The position numbers and the translations under genes were made by a program. Shown here piece by piece: positions 44,812-54,047 of a DNA stretch of 64,000 nt. Position 1 is the stretch's first letter; each line of letters opens with the position of its first letter. Below the pieces are notes generated by a model. The model searched no databases. It worked only from the letters and a program-made list of their open reading frames with translations, and was not told where the DNA came from. Origin of the DNA: an uncultured Clostridia bacterium (GTDB lineage Bacteria; Bacillota; Clostridia; TANB77; CAG-508); assembly GCA_934167445.1 (NCBI GenBank), contig CAKPKJ010000002.1, positions 136,023 to 200,022 of the forward strand, read 5' to 3'.

Positions 44812-44922
44812 ACTTCACTTTTAAAGTTCAAAATATAAGTTCTTCATTATGTTCCTCGGTTTATTACGAATTTCAAGAAATTCTAACTTTCAGAACTTAT
44901 ATTTTGAACTTTAAAAAAGAAG
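44812..44922. repeat. long perfect inverted repeat (25-bp arms, extendable to ~31 bp, 48-nt spacer)
   Basis: 44819-44843 TTTTAAAGTTCAAAATATAAGTTCT is the exact reverse complement of 44892-44916. Confidence 0.85.
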
Positions 44923-44988
44923 TTATAGATAAATTTTATTCGCATAAAATCAAAAAAACTCAATATAATAAGCATAAGGAGGGATTTT

Positions 44989-45870
44989 ATGAGTACAAGT
45001 TTTTCTATAATAGGTGGAGATTTAAGAACAATAAAACTAGCTAAAATGCTAGCAAATGAAGGAAATAAAATATATACGTATGGATTAGAAAAAGCTGAAG
45101 AATTAAAAGACAATTCAAATATAATTTTTACAGAAAAAATAAGTAAGGCAATACCAAAAGACGTAGAAGTTGTTATAGGGCCAATTCCATTTACAAGTAA
45201 TGGCATAAATATAAATGCACCATTTGGAGAAAAAGAAATATCCATAAGAGAAATGATACATTATTTAGAAGGCAAAATTTTAATTGCTGGAAGTATATCA
45301 CCAGAAATATATGATATGGCAAATGATGAGTATATAGAAATAATAGATATAATGAAAAGAGAGGAATTGGCAGTTTTGAATACAATTTCAACAGCAGAAG
45401 GTGCAATAGAAATCGCAATATCAAATACCAATAAAATAGTACATGGAAGTGAAGTGTTGATATTAGGATTTGGAAGAATTGGTAAAGTGTTAGCAAGAAA
45501 AATGGCAGGATTATCAGCAAAGGTAACTTGTGCAGCTAGAAAAGATGAAGACCTAGCATGGATTCGAGCATATGGACATAAAGAAACAAATATAAATGCC
45601 TTAGGAGAAAATTTATCACAATATGATATAATATTAAACACTGTACCACATTTAGTTTTAAATAAAGAAAGATTGCAATATGTAAAAAAAGATGCACTTT
45701 TAATAGATTTAGCATCAAACCCAGGTGGTATAGACAAAAAAGAGGCAAAAGAACTAAACTTAAAATTGGTATGGGCGTTAGCCTTGCCAGGAAAAGTAGC
45801 CCCAGTAACAACTGCAGAATTTATAAAAGATACAATATATAATATATTAAAAGAAATATACAAAAAATAA
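44989..45870 (+). CDS. dpaA: dipicolinate synthase subunit A
   Basis: Alignable to SpoVFA blocks (IGGD.R, SxAEGAI, LDLAS.PGG, LPGKVAP). Confidence 0.8.
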   Translation: MSTSFSIIGGDLRTIKLAKMLANEGNKIYTYGLEKAEELKDNSNIIFTEKISKAIPKDVEVVIGPIPFTSNGININAPFGEKEISIREMIHYLEGKILIAGSISPEIYDMANDEYIEIIDIMKREELAVLNTISTAEGAIEIAISNTNKIVHGSEVLILGFGRIGKVLARKMAGLSAKVTCAARKDEDLAWIRAYGHKETNINALGENLSQYDIILNTVPHLVLNKERLQYVKKDALLIDLASNPGGIDKKEAKELNLKLVWALALPGKVAPVTTAEFIKDTIYNILKEIYKK

Positions 45871-46020
45871 AATTTAAAACAAAAGCCAGATTAAATCTTA
45901 AACAATAAATATAGTTTGAGATTTAAAAATAAATAGAAAATAAAAAACAAATAGAGAAGCTAAAAGTAAAAAAATATAGAAAGTAAATATAAAAAAATAA
46001 AACGAAAGAAGGAATAAAAA

Positions 46021-46875
46021 ATGATTTTAGAATTATTAAAATCAGTAATCTTTGGAATAGTAGAAGGAATTACAGAATGGTTGCCAATAAGTAGTACAGG
46101 ACACTTAATATTAGTAGAACAATTTTTAAAATTCAATCAAGTATCATCAGGATTTGGGGATATGTTTCAAGTTGTAATACAATTTGGTGCCATTCTAGCA
46201 GTTGTACTTTTATATTTTAAAGATATATGGCCATTTACAAAAAACAAAGAAAAAGCAATAAAGAAAACAGGAATATTATCAATATTTAATAAAGAAATAA
46301 TGATATTATGGAGCAAAATTTTAGTTGCCTGTATTCCGGCAGCTATAATTGGATTAGCATTTGATGATATCTTTACAGCGTTATTTTATAATCCAACTTG
46401 TATAGCAATTGCATTAATAGTATTTGGTATAGCATTTATAGTTGTAGAAAATTGGAACAAAGGAAAACGAGAAAAAGAAAAAGAAACAAGTTCACAAATT
46501 ACATATAAAGATGCTATAATAATAGGGATATTTCAATTGTTAGCAGCAATATTTCCAGGAACATCTCGTTCAGGAGCAACAATAATAGGTGGATTATTAA
46601 TTGGACTATCAAGACCAAATGCAGCAGAATTTACATTTTATTTAGCAATACCAACAATGTTAGGAGCAAGCTTATTAAAAATTGTTAAATTTGGATTAGG
46701 CTTTACAGGCATAGAGCTTGCAGTATTATTAGTTGGAACAATAGTATCATTTTTAGTATCAATTTTTGTAATAAAATTCTTAATGAGCTATATTAAAAAA
46801 CATAACTTTAAAGTATTTGGATATTACAGAATTATACTTGGAATTATAGTATTAGCATTTGCTTTTTTAAAATAA
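46021..46875 (+). CDS. uppP: undecaprenyl-diphosphate phosphatase
   Basis: GITEWLPISSTGHL and PGTSRSGATI BacA motifs. Confidence 0.92.
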   Translation: MILELLKSVIFGIVEGITEWLPISSTGHLILVEQFLKFNQVSSGFGDMFQVVIQFGAILAVVLLYFKDIWPFTKNKEKAIKKTGILSIFNKEIMILWSKILVACIPAAIIGLAFDDIFTALFYNPTCIAIALIVFGIAFIVVENWNKGKREKEKETSSQITYKDAIIIGIFQLLAAIFPGTSRSGATIIGGLLIGLSRPNAAEFTFYLAIPTMLGASLLKIVKFGLGFTGIELAVLLVGTIVSFLVSIFVIKFLMSYIKKHNFKVFGYYRIILGIIVLAFAFLK

Positions 46876-46894
46876 AAAATTTACATAATTATAA

Positions 46895-46923
46895 TTGACA
46901 AAAGTATACTTTTTTAGTATAAT
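46895..46923 (+). promoter_or_regulatory. consensus sigma-A promoter driving ToxI-like repeats and toxN
   Basis: TTGACA (46895-46900) - 17 nt - TATAAT (46918-46923); followed by palindrome GTACATTTATATGTAC (46941-46956). Confidence 0.7.
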
Positions 46924-46956
46924 GAATATACTAAAAAGAAGTACATTTATATGTAC

Positions 46957-47064
46957 TTAAAAAGGAGTATTCAAGCCTTAAGTTGAATTAAAAAGTTGGA
47001 GTATCCTACCATAAGTGGAATTAAAAAATTGGAGTATCCAAGCCAAAAGTTGGAATAAAAAATT
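46957..47064 (+). ncRNA. ToxI/antiQ-like antitoxin RNA: ~3.3 tandem 31-35 nt repeats (type III TA)
   Basis: units TTAAAAA(A)(T)TGGAGTATYC..AAGTTGGAA at 46957-46987, 46988-47020, 47021-47055 plus partial copy abutting toxN start. Confidence 0.75.
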
Positions 47065-47598
47065 ATGCAGGGGGCAGTAAGTGCACTCTGCAATTATTGT
47101 TTAAGAAGCAATATTGTGAATAGATTAAAATTTTATAACATAGACGATAAATACATAGAATATTTATACAATTTTGATAAAAGAGTACCATTTAATAAAA
47201 ATGGTAAAAGGCCATATATAGGAATAATATTAGAAATAAATGGGATAACTTATTTCGCTCCTATGTTTTCACCCAAAAAACAACATAGTACATATAAAGC
47301 TAATGTAACACATATAAAAGTTAATGGGAATTTAGGAATGATAAAATTAAATAATATGATACCAGTAAATAAAGAAAACTTAAAATATATAGATTTTAAT
47401 AATATTAAGGACAAAAAATATAAAAATTTATTAATCCAACAAAACAACTTTATTCAAATAAATACTAATAAAATAAGAGAAAAGGCAGAAAAACTATATA
47501 AGTTTGTTACAATTGATAAAAAAGAGTTTTTTGTTAATTTGTGTTGTAACTTCAAAATGTTAGAGAAAAAATGTAAGGAGTATAAAAAGGAAATTTAA
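47065..47598 (+). CDS. toxN: ToxN/AbiQ-family endoribonuclease toxin (type III toxin-antitoxin / abortive infection)
   Basis: LKFYNIDDKYIEYLYNFDKRVP, IGIILEINGITYFAPMFSPKKQH, NMIPVN, DKKYKNL, IQINTNKI match ToxN/AbiQ signature blocks; alternative in-frame GTG start at 47116 gives MNRLKFY..; rho-independent terminator 47638-47665. Confidence 0.85.
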   Translation: MQGAVSALCNYCLRSNIVNRLKFYNIDDKYIEYLYNFDKRVPFNKNGKRPYIGIILEINGITYFAPMFSPKKQHSTYKANVTHIKVNGNLGMIKLNNMIPVNKENLKYIDFNNIKDKKYKNLLIQQNNFIQINTNKIREKAEKLYKFVTIDKKEFFVNLCCNFKMLEKKCKEYKKEI

Positions 47599-47670
47599 TT
47601 TAAATTCCCTTTTATAAAATATTTTAGATATAATTTCGACAGTTATTTAAACTGTCTTTTTTATATATGT

Positions 47671-47928
47671 TTATTCTATTTTTCTATCTCTTCTCAAATC
47701 TTGGTTATTACGATTGTCACACATTTTATCATATTCTTTGCATTTTATTTTATATTCCATTTGCATACATAAATACCTATAATAAGAATATGCCTGCTCA
47801 TATTGCATAATTGGATTAAACATAGGATCTTTATATAAATCGTTAAAATCCATAGAATTATTCATATTTGGGGGAACCATATTAGATTGCATATTATAAT
47901 CCATAAAATCTCTGTCCATAAAAATCAA
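47671..47928 (-). CDS. hypothetical small protein (Met/Tyr/Asn-rich; possible spore-coat-like)
   Basis: 85-aa ORF, low-complexity composition, convergent with toxN sharing a terminator. Confidence 0.4.
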   Translation of the reverse strand: MIFMDRDFMDYNMQSNMVPPNMNNSMDFNDLYKDPMFNPIMQYEQAYSYYRYLCMQMEYKIKCKEYDKMCDNRNNQDLRRDRKIE

Positions 47929-48008
47929 CTCCTAAAAACTAAAAATATAACAAAAAATAATACAACAGTTAATTATTTTTTGAAAGAATAAATTTAAAAC
48001 TTTAATAA

Positions 48009-48872
48009 TTATAAGTCAAAATTAAAAAACGGTATAAAACTAGTAAAAATATAAGTATAAAAAGCTGCTAAAACTCCATGAAGCAATTTACCATAAACAT
48101 ATGGCTTAATAGATAAATCGGATTTTGAGGTAATACTAAAAACTTGTAATAGAACGGATATTCCACCAAAACCTAGTAAAAAAGCGGTAAAAATCAGATT
48201 TGTAGAAATTTTTTTATTAGAAATATTGGAAATAGAATTAATACCATTTGTAATTTCTAAAAAACCACTAATTAGTGGAGTTGCAAAGGAAGAGTCAATA
48301 TTAAAAAAGGCTAAAATAGGAGAAATACTAATTGAAAAAACAGATAATAATCCACTTGATTTTAATATTGATATAATGCTAGAAAATATAACTACAAAAC
48401 CACCTATTAGTAAAATAGTAGAAATGCTATTTGTAATACTTTCTGATAAAATACTTCCTAAATTAGAAAAAGTAACAGGAGTTTGTTTAGATTTTATAAT
48501 GTGATGTGAGTTATGAGAAATAGAAGAATCACTATACTTCCAAAACCTAAATATAAAACCAACTGTAATACAAGCTAAAATGTGTGTAATAAATAATAAA
48601 ATGCCAATAGCAGTGTTTCCATACATTAAGATTCCTACAGTACCTATAATAAATAAAGGGCCAGAATTATTGGTAAAACTAAGTAGACGCTCACATTCTT
48701 CCTTAGAGCAAATATTATTTTTTCTAAAATTAGTGGCGAGTTTAGCACCCATAGGATAACCACTTATAATTCCCATTATAAAAGCAAAAGCACCTTCTCC
48801 ACGTATATTAAATAATGGCTTCATACAATTATTTAATATAACACCAAGTTGAAAGACTAAATCTGTATGCAT
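48009..48872 (-). CDS. ylbJ: sporulation integral membrane protein YlbJ (nucleoside-recognition domain); N-terminus extends upstream without canonical start
   Basis: Upstream in-frame translation ...AVKSGLRLWANSVIPSLFPFFVATELL matches YlbJ N-terminal block; open frame to 49058 with GGAGGTG at 49071-49065 but no ATG/GTG/TTG in frame. Confidence 0.7.
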   Translation of the reverse strand: MHTDLVFQLGVILNNCMKPLFNIRGEGAFAFIMGIISGYPMGAKLATNFRKNNICSKEECERLLSFTNNSGPLFIIGTVGILMYGNTAIGILLFITHILACITVGFIFRFWKYSDSSISHNSHHIIKSKQTPVTFSNLGSILSESITNSISTILLIGGFVVIFSSIISILKSSGLLSVFSISISPILAFFNIDSSFATPLISGFLEITNGINSISNISNKKISTNLIFTAFLLGFGGISVLLQVFSITSKSDLSIKPYVYGKLLHGVLAAFYTYIFTSFIPFFNFDL

Positions 48873-49250
48873 TAAAAGTTCAGTAGCTACAAAAAAAGGA
48901 AAAAGTGAAGGAATAACTGAATTTGCCCAAAGTCTTAAACCTGATTTTACAGCAGGAAGATTACTCCTAGAAAAAAGTAATAAACTAACTGTGAAAAATA
49001 TAAATATTAAAGGTAATACACATCTTTTTGCTTTTACTATAATTATATTTGTTTTTATTTATATCACCTCCAAGCTTTTGCTTAAACATATTCAAAAGAC
49101 ACGGAAAATATAACAAAAAAGGTCTGGTATTTTAACATAAATCTAAAGTAAAATCATGTATAAAAACTCAAATATAATTATAAAAATCTTGTAATTTAAG
49201 CCAAAAGATGATATAGTAAAATAGAATTTTTATATAGAGGAAGTATGTAT

Positions 49251-50228
49251 ATGAGCATAAAAGAAATGATAGAAAAATCTAATTTGAAGATAGACAAAGA
49301 AAAAATTTTATATAATGAACCGATGAAAAAATACACAACATTCAAAGTCGGTGGACCTGCAGAATGCTTAATAAAAATTTCAAGTAAAAAAGATTTAAAA
49401 GAAATATTAAAATTTGCAAATGAAAACAATATACAAATAACAGTTTTAGGAAATGGAAGTAATGTCCTTGTTCAAGATAAAGGGATAAAAGGAATTACTT
49501 TAATAATAAAAATAGAAAAAATTGAGATTGAAAATCAAGCAGAAAATTTAAATAATAACAAAAGTAAAAACAAAGAAGAAAACAGTGGAAATAATAATAC
49601 AAAAGTAAAAATAAAATTAGGAGCAGGAGAAAAGATTGCTAAAGTTGGCATCAAATTTTCAAAAGAAGGATTAACAGGATTTGAAGAAATATCAGGAATT
49701 CCAGGAACAATAGGTGGAGCTGTAAGAATGAATGCTGGAGCACATGGTAGGGAAATGAAAGATGTAATAAAAACTGTAAAATGTTTAGATTACTATGGAA
49801 ATGAAAAAACATTTACAAATGAAGAAATGAATTTTGGATATAGAACATCAATATTGAAAACAGAAAAATATATAGCAACAGAAGTAGAAATTGAATTAGA
49901 TAAAGGAAACACAGAAGAAATAAAAGAAAAAATGGATATGTATAAAGAAAAAAGGAAAAATAGTCAACCATTAGAATATCCAAGTGCTGGAAGTACATTC
50001 AAAAGAGGCGAAGATTTTATAACTGCAAAATTAATAGATGAGGCAGGCCTAAAAGGAACAAAAGTAGGAGACGCAGAGGTTTCAAGAAAACACGGAGGAT
50101 TTATAATAAACAAAGGAAATGCAACAGCTTCAGATATTTTAGAATTAGTTCAAATAATAAAAAACAAGATTTACGAGAAATATCAAAAAAAGATTGAACT
50201 AGAAGTTGAAGTACTAGGAGAAGAATAA
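49251..50228 (+). CDS. murB: UDP-N-acetylenolpyruvoylglucosamine reductase
   Basis: FAD-binding TTFKVGGPAE, GNGSNVL; catalytic SAGSTFKR; contains Asn/Lys-rich low-complexity insertion. Confidence 0.88.
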   Translation: MSIKEMIEKSNLKIDKEKILYNEPMKKYTTFKVGGPAECLIKISSKKDLKEILKFANENNIQITVLGNGSNVLVQDKGIKGITLIIKIEKIEIENQAENLNNNKSKNKEENSGNNNTKVKIKLGAGEKIAKVGIKFSKEGLTGFEEISGIPGTIGGAVRMNAGAHGREMKDVIKTVKCLDYYGNEKTFTNEEMNFGYRTSILKTEKYIATEVEIELDKGNTEEIKEKMDMYKEKRKNSQPLEYPSAGSTFKRGEDFITAKLIDEAGLKGTKVGDAEVSRKHGGFIINKGNATASDILELVQIIKNKIYEKYQKKIELEVEVLGEE

Positions 50229-50304
50229 AAAATTATTCACAGCAGGTTTATAGATAAAACCCTTATGAAAAAATCTAAATATATATACAAGGAATGAAAG
50301 TAGA

Positions 50305-51930
50305 ATGAATGGATTTATGCAATGGTTTAAAGCAGGCAGCAAAATGAAGAGGTGGATGTTTCTAATCTTAGTTGGAATTATACTAGCTTGTTATGGATTA
50401 GCAAAGATACTTGTTATGAAAGAAATTTCAATTGGAGAAGTTGGGGAAGTAATATTAATATTTGCAATAGGATTTGTAGCAATAGTTATTGGCTTAGTTT
50501 TTCTAAATAAAAGGACATTAGAGGTATTGATTGAATCTAGTGATGATAGAATGGAAAACAAAGATAATGTAAATTTGAAGTCACTAATATTTAATAAAAC
50601 TGTATATGACAAAGGCCCTAATATTGTTGTAATTGGTGGTGGAACAGGGTTAGATACTGTACTAATGGGACTTAAAAATTATACTAATAATGTAACTGCA
50701 ATTGTAACAATATCAGATTATGGTGAAGGCATTACAGATTCTAGAAGAGAACTAAAAACAATGCCATTAGACGATGTTAAAGATAGTTTGGTTGCTCTAT
50801 CAGCAAATGAAAAGCAAGTAGGAAATTTATTAAATTATAAATTTAAAACAGGTAGATTAAGTGGCCTAAATTTTTCGGACATATATTTTTCAGCAATGAA
50901 AGAAATAAATGGAAATTTTGAAGATTCAATAATAAAGAGTAATGAAGTTTTAAATATGATAGGAAAAGTAATACCAGTTACTTTAGACGAAATGAAAATA
51001 GTTGCAGAACTTGCTAATGGATATATTGTAGAAGAAAAATCAAGAATCCCAGAAGTAGTATCAGATAAATTAACAAAAATAAATAGAATTATGATTAGTC
51101 CAACAAATTGTAGACCAGCACCAGGTGTTGTAGAAGCAATAAAAAATGCAGATTGTATTGTAATAGGACCAGGTAGTTTATATACAAATGTCATACCAAA
51201 TTTATTAGTAAATGGAGTTACAAAAGCAATAAAAGAAAGCACTGCAATAAAAGTATATATTAGCAATATTATGACAGAACCAGGACAAACGGATGACTAT
51301 TCAATAGCAGACCACATAAATGCAATTACAGAACATTGTGGAACAGGAATAATAGATTATTGTATATATGATACAGGAGAAATTATACCTGAATATATTA
51401 AAAAATATAACAGAGAAGGTCAAGACATAGTTGAACAAGATATAAGCAAAATAAAAGGAATTAAATTCTTACAAAGAAATTTATCTATAATAAAAGGGAG
51501 CTTAATTAGACATGACCCAAGCTTAGTTGCCGCCTCAATTATTGAATTAATATGTGACGACTTAAAATATCAAGACAAACAAGGAGATCCACAATATTTG
51601 ATGCTAAATAACAAATTACGAGAAGAAAAACGTATAAATAAAATAAAGAAAAAAACAGCTAAAAATGCCCAACGAGAAAGAGAAGGAAAAGCAAATAAAA
51701 ATAAAAAAACATTAAAAAGTAAAAGCAAATTTAGTAGCAAATATAGTGATAGAATAGAGTCAATAAGAGAAGCTGACAAAAAGGCTGAAGCAAAGATGAA
51801 ACAACGAAAAAATCAAGAAGGTAAACCTAAAAGAAAACCAGCTAGAAGAACTACAAAAGCAAAGCAAAAAACAAATCAAGAAATAAGGGATGAAATGTTA
51901 AAAAAACTAGAAAATAGTAAATTAAAATAA
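50305..51930 (+). CDS. YvcK/CofD-like gluconeogenesis factor (UPF0052) with N-terminal TM and long Lys/Arg-rich C-terminal tail
   Basis: VVIGGGTGL, core about 330 aa followed by about 140-aa basic tail. Confidence 0.75.
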   Translation: MNGFMQWFKAGSKMKRWMFLILVGIILACYGLAKILVMKEISIGEVGEVILIFAIGFVAIVIGLVFLNKRTLEVLIESSDDRMENKDNVNLKSLIFNKTVYDKGPNIVVIGGGTGLDTVLMGLKNYTNNVTAIVTISDYGEGITDSRRELKTMPLDDVKDSLVALSANEKQVGNLLNYKFKTGRLSGLNFSDIYFSAMKEINGNFEDSIIKSNEVLNMIGKVIPVTLDEMKIVAELANGYIVEEKSRIPEVVSDKLTKINRIMISPTNCRPAPGVVEAIKNADCIVIGPGSLYTNVIPNLLVNGVTKAIKESTAIKVYISNIMTEPGQTDDYSIADHINAITEHCGTGIIDYCIYDTGEIIPEYIKKYNREGQDIVEQDISKIKGIKFLQRNLSIIKGSLIRHDPSLVAASIIELICDDLKYQDKQGDPQYLMLNNKLREEKRINKIKKKTAKNAQREREGKANKNKKTLKSKSKFSSKYSDRIESIREADKKAEAKMKQRKNQEGKPKRKPARRTTKAKQKTNQEIRDEMLKKLENSKLK

Positions 51931-51943
51931 GGGAGAATCATAT

Positions 51944-53977
51944 ATGAAAATCACAAAAGAAAATTTGAATTTAGAGCAAGGCTTAGACAGAGAATGGATA
52001 ATAACGAATGGCATAGGAGGATATTCTGCGTCATCTATAATAGGTGCAAACAACAGGAAATATCATGGACTATTAATTGCAGCACTAACACCTCCTGCTC
52101 GAAGATTTTTAATATTATCTAAAGTGGATGAAAGCCTAGAAATACGTGGCAGAAAATATAACTTGTATACAAATGTGGGAAAAGAATTTATATCTAAAGG
52201 GTATGAATATCAAGAAACATTTGAAAAAGACTATATACCTACATTTATATATAAAATAGGAAAAGTGGAAATAACAAAAAAGATTTGTATGGAATATGGA
52301 AAAAATCTAGTTGGAATTTATTATAAAATAAAAAATGGTGCTTCAAAAGCAAAACTAACATTAGCACCAATAATGAATTTTAGAGATTTTCACACAGTAA
52401 ATACAAACCACCAATATGAGCTAAAACAAGAATATAAAGATAGAAAAGCTAAAATAGTAATAGATGGTCATTCTGAAACACCAATTTATATGATTACATC
52501 AGAAGGAAAATATATTCCGCATCAAAATGATTCTTTTAAAAAAATGTTTTATTTAGAAGAAGAAAAACGAGGATTTTGCGGAGAAGAAGACCACGTAATT
52601 CCAGGAAGATATGAAATAGAAATAAAAGCAAAAGAAGAAAAAGAAATTTCATTCATATGCTCACTAGAAGAAAATATAGAAGAGAAAAATGTTAAAAATT
52701 TAATAAGAAATGAAGTTCAAAGGTTAGACAAAATAATAGAAAATACTGACTTAATAGAGAATAAGAACAAAAAGACCAAAAAGGAATTACAAAAAGATGA
52801 ATTAATAAAAAATTTTGTAATTGCAACAGATAACTTTGTAGTAAATAGACCTAATTTTGGACTACATACACTTATTGCAGGATACCCATGGTTTTTGGAT
52901 TGGGGAAGAGATACTTGCATTGCATTCGAAGGAATTGTATTACTAACAAAGAGGTATGATATAGCAAAAGAAATAATAAAAACAATGACAAGAGACGTAA
53001 AATATGGACTCGTTCCTAATGGGTATTCAGGATATGATAATAGGCCTTTATATAATAGTGTAGATGCTTCATTATTATTATTTGAAACAGTTAATAAATA
53101 TTTAAAATATACAGGAGATTATCAATTTATAAAAGAAGAAATTTATCCAGTATTAGAAAATATAATAGAAAATTATTGCAAAGGAATAGATGTTTCTGAA
53201 AATAATATTTATTTAGATATAGATGGATTAATAGTTTCTGGAACAGAAAATACACAAAATACATGGATGGATGTTAAATTTGCAGGTAAGGCAGTAACAC
53301 CAAGAAACGGAAAAGCTGTTGAAGTAAATAGCTTATGGTATAATGCAAACAAAACTATGGAAAAATTAAGTATCAAATTTGGACATTTAATATCAGCTAA
53401 AAGATATAAAGAATTAGCTAAACAATGTAAAAAAGCATTTGAAGAAAAATTTTATAACCAGGAAAATAAATGCTTATACGATGTTTTAGGAGACAGCAAA
53501 ATAAGACCAAACCAATTATTTGCATTGAGTTTGACATACCCAGTTTTAGAGCCAAACAGTGAAAAAGCTAAAAATATTATAAAGATAGTGGAGAAAAAAC
53601 TATTAAATTCATATGGATTAAAAACATTAGCTAAAGGTGAACCTAATTATGTAGAAATTTATGAAGGAAATGAAGAACATAGAGATACGAGTTATCATCA
53701 AGGAATTACATGGACATGGCTATTAGGGTTGTATTATAATGCTTTGAAGAACCAGCTAAATGCAACAAAAGATAAAGATGAAAAAAATGAATTAGAAACA
53801 AAAATAGAAAAATTTGCTAATAAAACAGAAAAAACATTCAAAAAAGAATTGTATGAAAATGGTTGTATAGGAAGCATTGCGGAAATATATGACAGCATAA
53901 AACCACAATTACCTAAAGGGGCATTTGCACAATGTTGGAGTATTGGAGAAATTTTTAGAATTATATTAAGAAAATAA
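51944..53977 (+). CDS. glycogen debranching enzyme (amylo-alpha-1,6-glucosidase, GDE_N + GDE_C)
   Basis: N-terminal GDE_N beta-sandwich (WIITNGIGGY) and C-terminal six-hairpin glucosidase region (GYPWFLDWGRDT). Confidence 0.8.
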   Translation: MKITKENLNLEQGLDREWIITNGIGGYSASSIIGANNRKYHGLLIAALTPPARRFLILSKVDESLEIRGRKYNLYTNVGKEFISKGYEYQETFEKDYIPTFIYKIGKVEITKKICMEYGKNLVGIYYKIKNGASKAKLTLAPIMNFRDFHTVNTNHQYELKQEYKDRKAKIVIDGHSETPIYMITSEGKYIPHQNDSFKKMFYLEEEKRGFCGEEDHVIPGRYEIEIKAKEEKEISFICSLEENIEEKNVKNLIRNEVQRLDKIIENTDLIENKNKKTKKELQKDELIKNFVIATDNFVVNRPNFGLHTLIAGYPWFLDWGRDTCIAFEGIVLLTKRYDIAKEIIKTMTRDVKYGLVPNGYSGYDNRPLYNSVDASLLLFETVNKYLKYTGDYQFIKEEIYPVLENIIENYCKGIDVSENNIYLDIDGLIVSGTENTQNTWMDVKFAGKAVTPRNGKAVEVNSLWYNANKTMEKLSIKFGHLISAKRYKELAKQCKKAFEEKFYNQENKCLYDVLGDSKIRPNQLFALSLTYPVLEPNSEKAKNIIKIVEKKLLNSYGLKTLAKGEPNYVEIYEGNEEHRDTSYHQGITWTWLLGLYYNALKNQLNATKDKDEKNELETKIEKFANKTEKTFKKELYENGCIGSIAEIYDSIKPQLPKGAFAQCWSIGEIFRIILRK

Positions 53978-54047
53978 AGTTTAATATGTAAGAGGAATGA
54001 AACAATATTGGCTCGTTCCTCTTAAACATAGGAAAGGATTTAGTATT

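Noticed and set aside
46957-47064. Tandem repeats considered as a CRISPR array
   Set aside because: The period is only about 33-34 nt with no unique spacers between units, there are only about 3 copies and no cas genes. Position directly upstream of a ToxN homologue fits a type III antitoxin RNA instead.
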